In this document: one piece after another, positions 10,631 to 19,899 of the stretch | Numbering within the stretch: position 1 is the stretch's first letter | Layout: the number at the start of each line of letters is the position of its first letter | From: a bacterium | GTDB taxonomy: Bacteria; JAAXHH01 | Length of the DNA: 64,000 nucleotides | Assembly (NCBI GenBank): GCA_963693015.1 | Contig: OY843748.1 | Coordinates: forward strand, 3,651,059-3,715,058 | Direction: 5' to 3' | Made by a program: the position numbers and the translations under genes | Notes under the pieces: generated by a model | What the model was told of the DNA's origin: nothing | What the model saw: the letters and a program-made list of their open reading frames with translations, nothing else | Database searches by the model: none

Positions 10631-12370
10631 CTATCGCCCGCCATCGCCGATATAGATGTCGAAATACCCGGTGTTGTTGCCCCAGAAGGGGTATTCGCTG
10701 TCCCGGTCCTTTTTGATGCCTTTGAGCCAGGGTTTTCGCAGGGCGGCCTTCTTGCCGTAATAGAGAAACACGGCGCCCACGTCCTCGGAGAGGACCCGCT
10801 GCGCCTGGTCGTACAGGCGAAACCGCCGGTCGCCGTCCATCTCCGACGCCGCCTCGTCGACCAGGCGGTCGAATTCCGCGTTTCGCCAAGGATGGCGGCT
10901 GTATCCGGCCGGCTGGGACCGCCAGACCATGGCGAGCATGTTGTTCGGATCGGGATAGTCGTAATGATACTGAATCAGGCTGAAGGGGATCTTTCGCTGG
11001 TACTGGGCGGTCCGGTAGGAGATGCTCTCGACCACGCGTATCGACATGTCGATCCCCAGGTGGGTCTTGAGCATTTCCTGAATGGCCTGGCCGACCTGCT
11101 GCCGGGCGACGTTGTTGACCCACATCTCTATCCGCGGGAATCCCCGTCCATCCGGATATCCCGCTTCGCGCAGGCGCTGTTTGGCCAGTTCTGGATCGAA
11201 TCGCTGGATGTCCCGGTACTTGCCGCCCGCGTAGCCCGGAAATCCCGGCGGAAGCATGGACCAGGCCGGCATGCCCATGCCCTGGAGCAATACCCGGCAT
11301 ATGACCTCCCGGTCGATCGCGTGGCTGATCGCCTGCCGCACCTTCAGGTTGTCGAAGGGCGGATAGTCTGCATTGAAGAAGAGAAAATGGGTCATGAAAT
11401 CCTTGCTGATATGCAACTCCCCGGAGAGTCGCGGATGGCGTCTGATGCGCGGAAGATCGATGGGGGAAACGTCCTGCTGGTCGATCTCGTCGTTCTCATA
11501 GGCCAGCGTGCCGCCGGCCATCATGCGGGTATCCACGAACTTGCCGATGATCCGTTCCACGTATCCCTTGTGGGGACCGTTGTAATTCGGGTCCAGGACG
11601 AATTCGAAGCGGGAACCGTGATCCCAGGACGCCAGCTTGAATGTCGAATTCGTCACGAACCGGCCGGGTTCGGACCAGCCCGGACCGTACTTCTCCACCT
11701 GCCAGCGGGGCACGGGCACGGACGTGGGGAAGGAGGCGATATAGGGGAGGTAGGGACAGGGCAGCGCGGTCCGGATGACCAGCGTGTGGTCGTCGACGGC
11801 CCGCACGCCGACGGAATCCGCGTCCCGGGTCAATCCCTGGTTGAAGGCCTTCGCCCCTTCGATTTCGTAGTAAAAGGAGGCGTTCCTGTTCGCGCTGGCC
11901 GGGTCCACCATCCGCCTGAAGGCATATTCGAAATCATGGGCGGTGACGGGTCTGCCGTCGCTCCACCTCGCGCCCCTGCGCAGGTGGAAGGTCCAGCGCG
12001 TGCCGTCGGGAGACACCTCCCATCGATCGGCCGCCGCCGGCATGAGTTCATTGTTGTGGTCCAGCCGGGTGAGGCCCTCGAAGGAAAACACCGCGCCGGT
12101 CGCTTCGTAGACGGCGATCCCGATGTCGAGCGTGGTCGGCTCCGGAAGGTGAAAGGAATACACCTGCTCGGCGAGGGGCGCCGCATCCGGGGGCATGGCC
12201 TTGCCGACCGTATTGACGGGTTGCGCGGCAGGCCCGGAATGGGCGGAGTAATCCTGCGCGACTTGAAGGACGGGCGGCGCGGCAGGCCCGGAATGGGCGG
12301 AGTAATCCTGAGCGACTTGAAGGACCGGCAGGAAGAGCAGGAGAAAACACAGCAGGAGGCCGGGATTCAT
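10631..12370 (-). CDS. ABC transporter substrate-binding protein, family 5 (second paralogue)
   Basis: Signal peptide MNPGLLLCFLLLFLPVL and SBP_bac_5-like length and composition. It contains an internal 18-aa tandem duplication. Confidence 0.8.
   Translation of the reverse strand: MNPGLLLCFLLLFLPVLQVAQDYSAHSGPAAPPVLQVAQDYSAHSGPAAQPVNTVGKAMPPDAAPLAEQVYSFHLPEPTTLDIGIAVYEATGAVFSFEGLTRLDHNNELMPAAADRWEVSPDGTRWTFHLRRGARWSDGRPVTAHDFEYAFRRMVDPASANRNASFYYEIEGAKAFNQGLTRDADSVGVRAVDDHTLVIRTALPCPYLPYIASFPTSVPVPRWQVEKYGPGWSEPGRFVTNSTFKLASWDHGSRFEFVLDPNYNGPHKGYVERIIGKFVDTRMMAGGTLAYENDEIDQQDVSPIDLPRIRRHPRLSGELHISKDFMTHFLFFNADYPPFDNLKVRQAISHAIDREVICRVLLQGMGMPAWSMLPPGFPGYAGGKYRDIQRFDPELAKQRLREAGYPDGRGFPRIEMWVNNVARQQVGQAIQEMLKTHLGIDMSIRVVESISYRTAQYQRKIPFSLIQYHYDYPDPNNMLAMVWRSQPAGYSRHPWRNAEFDRLVDEAASEMDGDRRFRLYDQAQRVLSEDVGAVFLYYGKKAALRKPWLKGIKKDRDSEYPFWGNNTGYFDIYIGDGGR
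12225..12332. repeat. 54-bp in-frame tandem duplication (PVLQVAQDYSAHSGPAAx x2) near the N-terminus of the SBP
   Basis: Seen directly: two near-identical 54-nt copies on the plus strand. Confidence 0.85.
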
Positions 12371-12430
12371 GCGTACCTCCCCGGGGTTGTGCGGTCCTGA
12401 ACCGCTGTCCCGGTCCTCTCCATGCTCACG

Positions 12431-13627
12431 CTAACCGGCAAAGATCGCGCGGTTCGAGATGCCCGAGCGATAGGACGCCTGTTGAATGCCGCCGATGAAT
12501 TGCGCGGTGCGGCCCGCCGGCGCCGAGCCTTCGTACCAGGCGCTGAAGGACGCGTTGAATTCCTGTATCCAGGCCCTGTTCGCCTCTGAATCGTCGCCGG
12601 CGACCACGTAGGCGTTGTTGAAGATGCCGTCTTCCTTGAGTCCGTTTCCGCCCGCCGCCTTGATGCGCGCGTCCAGCGTGGAAAGCTGGCGGCCCGCGTC
12701 GTCGCCGCCCACGGCGCTGGCCATGACCTCGGTCACGCCGCCGTACTGGATGGCGGTCCACGTGCTGAAGCCGTCCTCGATCTCGCCGGACCGCGCGATG
12801 CGCACGTCGCCGGAGACCACCCGGGGCTGGGGCTCCACGATGCCGTCCAGGTTCGGGATGCGGGAAACCGGGTAGATCAAACCGGCGGGCCGGTCGTCGC
12901 CGTAGTAGTCCTCGAAGACCCGCCGGACCGTATCGATCCTCTCCCAGGTCTTTTCGGGCGCGTCGTCGACGGCGACCAGGATTTCCATCCACACCGTCTG
13001 CTTCCTGAAATCGACGCCGGCTTCGGCGAAGGGCTTTTCGTAGTGCTCGTCGAGCACGAAGGCCGTTTCCTCCGCCAGGTCGGACCCCAGGGACGTGATG
13101 ACCTCGCCGTTGCGGGTGTGCATGACCGAGGCGCCGCTCGGCTGGTGGTCCTGCCAGTATCCGTAGTCGATCACGCCGTCGCCGATAGAGACGTGCTCGC
13201 CGGCCACCGCCTTGATCTGGACCTCGAAGAGCGCCACGGGGTCCGGGAAGCCTTCAGGGTGGGTAAACCGCGCCATGCGGTTGGAACGAAGCGGGCCGCC
13301 GGTCACCGCGTCGATCATCGGGGCGTAAATGGCGTTGTACTCGTCCTTCATCCTGTCGCAGACGTCCCGGCCGCCGGATGGCGTGGTCCACAGCACGTCC
13401 GTCTTGTAAACGTCCGACCAGTCGACCCCGCAGATCCTGAGGTTCTTGTTCAGGTTCTCTATGGTGCCGAACCACTCGGAACCCATGTCATTCGGGTATT
13501 GCGTGCCGACGTTCCCACTCGGCTCAATCAGCCGGAAGACCTGGTTGCGGTCGTCCTTGACGAGCACTTCCGTGGGATTGGAAAAAATGGCGATGGGATT
13601 ATGCCTGACGATGCTGACCTGTGCCAT
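12431..13627 (-). CDS. hypothetical protein with RidA/YjgF-like C-terminal domain
   Basis: C-terminal ARIKAAGGNGLKEDGIFNNAYVVAGDDSEANRAWIQEFNASF...AGRTAQFIGG resembles the RidA family. The ATG start at M46 of the track ORF (MAQVSIV...) is preferred; the track ORF begins at a TTG. Confidence 0.4.
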   Translation of the reverse strand: MAQVSIVRHNPIAIFSNPTEVLVKDDRNQVFRLIEPSGNVGTQYPNDMGSEWFGTIENLNKNLRICGVDWSDVYKTDVLWTTPSGGRDVCDRMKDEYNAIYAPMIDAVTGGPLRSNRMARFTHPEGFPDPVALFEVQIKAVAGEHVSIGDGVIDYGYWQDHQPSGASVMHTRNGEVITSLGSDLAEETAFVLDEHYEKPFAEAGVDFRKQTVWMEILVAVDDAPEKTWERIDTVRRVFEDYYGDDRPAGLIYPVSRIPNLDGIVEPQPRVVSGDVRIARSGEIEDGFSTWTAIQYGGVTEVMASAVGGDDAGRQLSTLDARIKAAGGNGLKEDGIFNNAYVVAGDDSEANRAWIQEFNASFSAWYEGSAPAGRTAQFIGGIQQASYRSGISNRAIFAG

Positions 13628-13833
13628 GCGGTGATGTCCTTTCAGATCGGTACGGTATTGAATGATCTCAGCGTGAATACTGCGGATGACCGCGAACCGG
13701 AAGTCCTCCGGTACGTTTCCCGCAAATCCCGACACGGTCGAAAAGGGACTGCGGATTCTCAATCAATTCAAGCCATGGAAATTAAACTGTCGAGCCGGTA
13801 AAAACAAGCGGGAAATGGATTCGACGCTATCCC

Positions 13834-15069
13834 CTATCCCTGGCAGAACCTTGCGAAAACCGCTACGTGCTCCCGGGCGATATCCTCGTCATCCGGAAGA
13901 CCCGTAATGTTGAGTCTGCATCGCCCCGGCGTAAAGACCGGATACAGGTGGGCGTCGTAGATCGCCGCCCGGGCCTCGTCACCGACGCGGGGATTGCGGA
14001 ACAGGCCGGCGTAGCCGTTCGTGAACAGTTCGGCGAGCGGCGTCCCGGCTGATCTGTCCTTCCACGACGTCTCCGCCGCGGCCACGCGCCGCAGGATATC
14101 CGCGTGTTCGCGTTCCAGACGCGCAAGGTCGTGGACCAGCGCCGATACGAAGGCCCGCGTAACGGGATGTTCGAAGGACGAACCCCGGGCGCGCGTCACC
14201 GTGTTGGCCAGTGCCGCGACCTCTTCGGCGCGGGACGCGTCGGGACAGTGCACCAGGAGCATACCGCAGGGGCGGAGGGCGAAGGTGCCGAAGGACTTGG
14301 TGGGGCTGACGGATACCCAGAAAGGCACGTCGTTTTCGATGAAGGGCCGGATCTGGTCGTCGTAACTCATGGCCATGATCCTGTCGTACCCGCGGGAATC
14401 GAGGAGACGGGCGTACTCGAACCCCGAGTAGGCCCGGTCGAGGAGCACGGGGCGGCCCTTCGCGGCCTCGGCCCGTGTGCGCATGGTCTCCCGGGACTGG
14501 ACGCGGCCCGTCGTGTTCATGGGCCCTGCCTGGTAGACCCGCAGGAGGTCCGCCGCGTTCATCGCGTCGCCGATGGGGAACTCCCGGCACGAGATCCTGC
14601 TCATCCGCGCAATCGCCTTGTACGCGGGCCAGGAAAGCTCCTCCACGCCGATCGCCCGCAGGCCGGGGTACAGCTGCAGGGCCATCTCGACCGCCGTCTT
14701 TACCGCACCGGTGCCGGCGTCCGAGGGGGTCAGCAGCGAGAAGCGGTCCCAGTGTTCCTCCGGGATGCGCTGCCAGCGCAGCACGGCCTCCTTCAACGGA
14801 GCGGCAAGGGAAGCGGTGCTCATGTATTCGCCGAGCAGGCTGTTGCCGATTTCGGCCCTGGCCTGATCGAGCAGGGTCTCGGAGGTCGGCCACGCTTTGC
14901 CCATCCCGTCCACGACGATGCCGATACCGTAGTTGTACCCGTCGGGGTCCTGGTCGCATACGATCTTCGCGATCTGGTTGGCGTCCTTGCCCTGGGCGCT
15001 CAAGGTCTCCGCAGCGCGCTGGACGACGGTACCGAAAGACGATTTCATACTCGCTCCGTTTTTGCTCAA
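13834..15069 (-). CDS. PLP-dependent aminotransferase class I/II-like protein
   Basis: SVSPTKSFGTFALRPCG resembles the SxSKxFG PLP-lysine motif of aspartate/aromatic aminotransferases. Confidence 0.5.
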   Translation of the reverse strand: MSKNGASMKSSFGTVVQRAAETLSAQGKDANQIAKIVCDQDPDGYNYGIGIVVDGMGKAWPTSETLLDQARAEIGNSLLGEYMSTASLAAPLKEAVLRWQRIPEEHWDRFSLLTPSDAGTGAVKTAVEMALQLYPGLRAIGVEELSWPAYKAIARMSRISCREFPIGDAMNAADLLRVYQAGPMNTTGRVQSRETMRTRAEAAKGRPVLLDRAYSGFEYARLLDSRGYDRIMAMSYDDQIRPFIENDVPFWVSVSPTKSFGTFALRPCGMLLVHCPDASRAEEVAALANTVTRARGSSFEHPVTRAFVSALVHDLARLEREHADILRRVAAAETSWKDRSAGTPLAELFTNGYAGLFRNPRVGDEARAAIYDAHLYPVFTPGRCRLNITGLPDDEDIAREHVAVFARFCQG

Positions 15070-15109
15070 AGATAATCCGTTTGCAGTAAGGAGGGCGCTT
15101 ACAAGGCGC

Positions 15110-15853
15110 TTACGACAGGTATACGAAAACGAACAGCACGGGCCAGATGAGCACGACGAATCCCCAGAACATCCCGCCCATGGTCAACCCGTCGTGTGCT
15201 TCGCGGGTATAGGCTCCCCTGCCGAACCTGCGCAACACGTAGAGCAGCCCCAGGACGGCGATGAAGACGTGCAGTGCGTGCATCCCGATCATCACGTAGA
15301 AAACCGCGCCGTAGATGTTCCGGGTGACCGTCAGTCCGAAATCGATCAGCCGGACCCATTCCACGCCCTGCACCACCAGGAACAGGATGCCGAGCAGCGT
15401 GGCCGCGGCCAGTAGACGACCGGACGACCGCACCCGTCCACTTCGCATGGCCCGCCACGCGCCGAACATGGCGGCGCCGCTGCCCAGCAGGACCAGGGTG
15501 TTGAAGAAGGACGCCATCACGGGAAGCCTGGGCTGGTCCGATGGCGGCCATTCCGGGTATCCGGCCCGCACCACGGCGAACGTGACGATCAGCGTGAGGA
15601 AAAGGACGGCTTCGCTGGCGATGAACATCAGCATGCCCAGCACGTTGGCTCCAGCACCGGGCGGCTTGACGGCGGATGATCCGGGTGGTTCGTCGCCGCC
15701 ACCTCCCCGGCCGGCCCCGTTGCCATTTCCCCTGCCGCGGTCATCCAGACCGGCATTCCCGCCGCTGAAGCCGGGGAGCCGGGTCCACTCCCGTTCCCGC
15801 ACTTCAGGCGCGAGCACGTCCGTCCCGGCGCCCGGCCCCGTTACCACAGACAT
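15110..15853 (-). CDS. heme-copper oxidase subunit III family protein (CoxC/NorE-like), orphan
   Basis: Multi-TM protein with the HALHVxxG motif and subunit-III-like topology. The start is set at M9 (ATG 15853). No subunit I/II genes are nearby. Confidence 0.65.
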   Translation of the reverse strand: MSVVTGPGAGTDVLAPEVREREWTRLPGFSGGNAGLDDRGRGNGNGAGRGGGGDEPPGSSAVKPPGAGANVLGMLMFIASEAVLFLTLIVTFAVVRAGYPEWPPSDQPRLPVMASFFNTLVLLGSGAAMFGAWRAMRSGRVRSSGRLLAAATLLGILFLVVQGVEWVRLIDFGLTVTRNIYGAVFYVMIGMHALHVFIAVLGLLYVLRRFGRGAYTREAHDGLTMGGMFWGFVVLIWPVLFVFVYLS

Positions 15854-15884
15854 CCTTGCAACTCCTGTCGGCCCCACGCTCTAT

Positions 15885-16727
15885 TCACCCTAATCGGTAG
15901 AATGCGCTGGCGTTGTCGTGAAACAGCTTGCGGCGCTCGTCGTCGGATATGTCCTTCACCGCGTCAACGAGGGTGTCGAACCATGCCCTGTACGTGGCCG
16001 CGAGCGTGCAAACGGGCCAGTCGCTGCCGTACATCACCCGGTCGAAGCCGAATATATCGAGCAGGTGATCGATGTAGGGCTTCAGGTCGTCCCTGGTCCA
16101 GTCTGCCTTCGCCCGGGTGACCAGCCCTGATATCTTGCAGACCGTATTGGGAAATCCGGCCAACTGATTCATGTAGTCCGCCCATGGCGCGAATCCATCG
16201 CCCGCGACGTCGGGTCCTCCGCAGTGGTTGATGGCATGGGTGACATCGGGCGTCGCGCGCACCAGGGTCACCGCGGCGTCGAGCTGGGTGACGTTGGCGC
16301 ACAATTCGAAGGTGTATCCGTACCGGGGCAGGGATCGGACCCCTTCGATCAGGGACGGCCAACTGTAGAACTCCGGATCTTCGTGGTGCCAGGCCATGCG
16401 CCGGATGCCGACCACCATGGGATAGTCCGCGGCCAGCCTGTCCAGCGTCTCCTCCCGTTCATCCGATTCCAGCGGCGCCGTGGCGACGATCGCGCCGATC
16501 ATGCCGTCCTCGGCGGCGATGCGCACGAGCCGGTCCACCTCGGCCACCTCCGCGCCTGGCGCGGGATCCGCTTCTATGTGGACGGACTTTGTGATTTCGA
16601 TGCCGTCGATAGCCGCCCGGTAGTCTTCCGGTCCGTAACGCTGACGCAGGGCGTCGAAGCCCTCCAGCCAGGGATAGCTCAGCTCAGACGTATCCCAGAG
16701 ATGCTGATGACCATCGATGATCTGCAA
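15885..16727 (-). CDS. amidohydrolase-2 family metal-dependent hydrolase (LigI/2-pyrone-4,6-dicarboxylate lactonase-like)
   Basis: N-terminal MQIIDGHQHLWD (HxH) and TIM-barrel amidohydrolase_2 signatures. Confidence 0.75.
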   Translation of the reverse strand: MQIIDGHQHLWDTSELSYPWLEGFDALRQRYGPEDYRAAIDGIEITKSVHIEADPAPGAEVAEVDRLVRIAAEDGMIGAIVATAPLESDEREETLDRLAADYPMVVGIRRMAWHHEDPEFYSWPSLIEGVRSLPRYGYTFELCANVTQLDAAVTLVRATPDVTHAINHCGGPDVAGDGFAPWADYMNQLAGFPNTVCKISGLVTRAKADWTRDDLKPYIDHLLDIFGFDRVMYGSDWPVCTLAATYRAWFDTLVDAVKDISDDERRKLFHDNASAFYRLG

Positions 16728-16900
16728 TGAACACCTCCTGTCGTGCCCGTATGCTACCGCGCGTCAAGTGCGTGTCAAGCGAAGCCGCCGGTTTGACGTG
16801 GCCGATGCGAGCCGCTCCGACGCGTGCTGTTTCGGTGCGCGGTCACGCGTCTCATGCCGGTGCGCTGTCACGCGTCTTATGCCGGTCGTTGCCACGCGCT

Positions 16901-17791
16901 TTATTCCGGTGTGCTGTAACTGTTGTAGATCGTCTCGATCCATCGCGCTTCCGGGACGAAGTCGTTCGCGTATCCGTCCCATTGCTCCGGCAGGCCCGCC
17001 GCTTTGATTTCGTCGAGCGCTTTTTCTTCCGCCATCATCGCGCGGACGACCTCCGTTGTCGCAACGAGCATGTCGTGGTAAGCCTCCAAAGCCGCCCGGT
17101 CTCCCAGGGCGCCGTGGCCGGGAATCACGCGGGTATCCGGTCCGATCATCTCCAGAACGTGCCCGATGTTCCGGATCAGCCCGGCGACGCTGCCGCCGCT
17201 GCCCAGGTCCACGAAGGGGAAACGGCCGTTGAAGAAGGTATCCCCCATGTGCGCCACGTCCGATCCGGTGAAATGGATGACGCTGTCGTTATCGGTATGG
17301 CCTTCGGGCATATGCACCAGCCTGATCTCTTCCCCGTTGAAATGGACCGATACCTCCTCGTCGAAGGTGATCACCGGCCACCCTTCCTCCACCATGGCGG
17401 GGATGGAGCGATCGCCCCGCTGCTGCGGCGTTGACACCCGCTTGCGGACGTTGGCGTGGGCGACGATGGTCGCCTCTAGGCCGAAGATGGGGTTGCCGCC
17501 CACGTGGTCGCCGTGGAAATGGGTATTGAGGACGAACTTGAGCGGGCCGGCATGCAGGCCGCGCAGGGCCGACTTGATCTTGTCGGCCAGCGGCGCGTAC
17601 TGGTCGTCGACGATCAGTATGCCGTCATCGCCGACCGAGACCCCGATATTGCCTCCACTGCCCGTCAGCATGTAGATATTGCCGACGACGGGATGGGCTT
17701 CTACGACGACCTCGTCCCAGTGCTGCTGCGCATACGCCGCGCCGTTAGCCAGGAACGTGGCCGCGGCCATATATGCAAACAGACGTTTCAT
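16901..17791 (-). CDS. secreted MBL-fold metallo-hydrolase, subclass B3 beta-lactamase-like
   Basis: Signal peptide MKRLFAYMAAATFLANGAAYAQ. HFHGDH = the HxHxDH motif of B3 MBLs. At 296 aa the size is typical. Confidence 0.65.
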   Translation of the reverse strand: MKRLFAYMAAATFLANGAAYAQQHWDEVVVEAHPVVGNIYMLTGSGGNIGVSVGDDGILIVDDQYAPLADKIKSALRGLHAGPLKFVLNTHFHGDHVGGNPIFGLEATIVAHANVRKRVSTPQQRGDRSIPAMVEEGWPVITFDEEVSVHFNGEEIRLVHMPEGHTDNDSVIHFTGSDVAHMGDTFFNGRFPFVDLGSGGSVAGLIRNIGHVLEMIGPDTRVIPGHGALGDRAALEAYHDMLVATTEVVRAMMAEEKALDEIKAAGLPEQWDGYANDFVPEARWIETIYNSYSTPE

Positions 17792-17945
17792 GGATTTCCT
17801 CCGGAATCACACGTCCCAAATCATCGTTTTCACGTCCCAAATCATCCAGAACCTGCATATACATCCGGCTCTCTCGCGACCTGATTGCTCGCATACCGAG
17901 TATACGTACAATTCGTGGGACTGTCATGGGTATTCTGAAGCTTCG

Positions 17946-18251
17946 TCAACCGGAACGGCTATAGAACGCTTCCGCCGTCTTGCAGGTGAGGAACAGGTTG
18001 CCGAGGAACAGCAATATGAGGACGTACATGGGCCATCCCGGCGCGAACCACCAGGCCAGGCCGCAGAAGATCGTACCGAGCAACGTGCCGGGAAACACCA
18101 TCTTGTTGTACGCGACCTTGAGCAGTACGAGGACGCACAGCCCGGCGAATCCCTTCAGTATCAAACCGACCGGCGTACCGGGCAATTCGAGCAACAGGAC
18201 GACGAAAACGCAGATGAAAGCCTGCAGAACGATGGGCAGCGTACGGTTCAT
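17946..18251 (-). CDS. small integral membrane protein (3 TM), unknown function
   Basis: Hydrophobic 101-aa ORF with plausible TM segments. Confidence 0.4.
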   Translation of the reverse strand: MNRTLPIVLQAFICVFVVLLLELPGTPVGLILKGFAGLCVLVLLKVAYNKMVFPGTLLGTIFCGLAWWFAPGWPMYVLILLFLGNLFLTCKTAEAFYSRSG

Positions 18252-18454
18252 GGGGAATCACCGAACCTTCGGCTGGCAGCATCCGGCAAGGTCCACCCGC
18301 GGCCCGAAATGCCTTGTGGACCCGGAGAACCCTGTAGGCCCGCCGGGCCGCCGGGACCCCGTTCTCGCTGGCATGAAACTGCAAAAGTAGTCGCCGTCGG
18401 CAAGACCGCTCCAAGCGTCACTCGAATTTCCTCAGTTCGTCCCGGTACACCTGG

Positions 18455-19660
18455 TTACGGCAGCCACGTTTCCCCGTTCCAGTTTTTAGGGAAGGCCTGG
18501 TACTCCGCATACCCATCGGACCGCGCGCCGACTTCGGCGGTATCGGTATCGTTCAACCCGTCGACGGTAACGGTAGCATCCAGGCTCGCCAGAAAGTCCA
18601 GCAGGTCCCACGCAACCGCGATGTTTATACCGAAGTTATCGAGCGTGTCCACGGACGCCAGGAACTCTTCTTCCTCTTCTTCCTCCTCTTCGCCTTCCCC
18701 CTCCTCTTCGCCTTCTCCCTCGCCCTCACCTTCTCCCTCGCCCTCACCCTCGTCTTCCCCTTCGCCTCCACCCTCACCTTCTTCCTCCTCATCTTCATCA
18801 CTGGGCGGTGGTAAGGGAATGATCTGATTGATCCCCGCGTGGTTTATTGCAATGATGAATCCCTGGTGATCGAAGACCGGACTCCCGCTTGTTCCGCCGC
18901 GGGTCGCGAGGCTATAGTGGACTAACTGGCCGGTGTTTATGGGAAAATTGATGAAGGATTCGTTGTATAACGGCCTGAGCGCGCTGATCGTCCCTTCTTT
19001 GAAGCTGGCCAGGGGAAGAATGGCGTCGAAAATTGGAGGAAGACCCGGAAAACCGAGCGTTCCCACCGGCTGCCCGATACGCAGGTCGTCGGTGTGTTCC
19101 CTGGGCAGAAAAGACGGCGTGGCATGGGTGATCGTACCGTTGATCTCTATCAGCGCGATGTCCGCGGACATCGGTGTGCCATCGTATTCCGGATGGAAGA
19201 TGTATGGCGCCCACAGATAAGTTTCGTCACCGCCAAGCAGCGTGCCGGTACGCGCGACGACCGGGACCGGATTCAACTCCGCGACTTCGGGATCTTCGGT
19301 GAACTCCAGGGCGGCCTCCACCACGTGGGCGTTCGTCCATAACTTGTCGGTGAAGTAAGCGCTGAACGCGGTCCCGACGTGTTGAAAACCCGTATCCGTA
19401 ATCACGCCGACGATGTAGATGGACTCGTACAGATTTCCCGTCTCGATGACATCAGCCCAGTTCAGCGTCTCGCCGGGGTCGCCCTGATCGCCCTGCTCTC
19501 CCTGAGGTCCCTGAGGTCCCTGGACCCCTTGATCACCTTGAGCACCCTGGACGCCCTGTGCGCCCTGGACACCCTGATCTCCTCGAGGACCCAGAGGACC
19601 ATGATCACCTTTGCAGGCAACCAGTACGCATGCGATCGCCAGTACAGTTGATAGACGCAC
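18455..19660 (-). CDS. lipoprotein with N-terminal collagen-like Gly-X-Y repeats and trypsin-like (S1) serine peptidase domain; poly(Glu-Gly) insert
   Basis: Lipobox [20 protein letters not shown]... gives 15 Gly-X-Y triplets. The His motif TNAHVV and the Ser motif GGTSGSPVF (GxSGSP) are S1B/V8-like. A roughly 45-aa EEEGEGEGE tract is present. Confidence 0.7.
   Translation of the reverse strand: MRLSTVLAIACVLVACKGDHGPLGPRGDQGVQGAQGVQGAQGDQGVQGPQGPQGEQGDQGDPGETLNWADVIETGNLYESIYIVGVITDTGFQHVGTAFSAYFTDKLWTNAHVVEAALEFTEDPEVAELNPVPVVARTGTLLGGDETYLWAPYIFHPEYDGTPMSADIALIEINGTITHATPSFLPREHTDDLRIGQPVGTLGFPGLPPIFDAILPLASFKEGTISALRPLYNESFINFPINTGQLVHYSLATRGGTSGSPVFDHQGFIIAINHAGINQIIPLPPPSDEDEEEEGEGGGEGEDEGEGEGEGEGEGEGEEEGEGEEEEEEEEEFLASVDTLDNFGINIAVAWDLLDFLASLDATVTVDGLNDTDTAEVGARSDGYAEYQAFPKNWNGETWLP
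18670..18805. repeat. poly(Glu/Gly) coding low-complexity tract (ctc/ttc/ccc repeats on plus strand)
   Basis: Seen directly. It produces the spurious Ser/Pro-rich plus-strand ORF 17679..18827. Confidence 0.8.
19480..19615. repeat. collagen-like GXY coding repeat (low complexity)
   Basis: Runs of cctgg/ccctg codons on the plus strand, corresponding to Gly-X-Y on the minus strand. Confidence 0.7.
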
Positions 19661-19899
19661 CGAATCTACCTTTCACCTGGAGGTTGCCGTACTGCCCATA
19701 AATTCGGAAATTACTTAAATACTGATATTGCCGGATATTACATCCATATCTGTATATTGCATAGGTTTAAATTCGGTCTCACGGATATTCTGTTAGACAC
19801 GTACCATGTGCTGGAGATAGATTATCCCGAACCTCATGCTTCTTCAGGATCATGAAAGCACTCGCTCCAAGCGGCGAATTGCGCCCATGGCGGATAGAT

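Noticed and set aside
10571-12400. 609-aa plus-strand ORF.
   Set aside because: Antisense to the family-5 substrate-binding protein gene, which has a signal peptide and SBP-like composition. It is a GC-driven artefact.
15110-15877. Longer start (255 aa) for the cytochrome-oxidase-subunit-III-like gene.
   Set aside because: The first 8 codons precede a better-placed ATG (M9). The N-terminal 90 aa are Gly/Arg/Pro-rich either way, so the start assignment remains uncertain but function is unaffected.
17679-18827. 382-aa plus-strand ORF ending in a long Ser/Pro tract ([22 protein letters not shown]...).
   Set aside because: It is the reverse complement of the poly(Glu-Gly) and collagen-like coding region of the minus-strand lipoprotein/protease gene. 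It also overlaps the small membrane protein gene.
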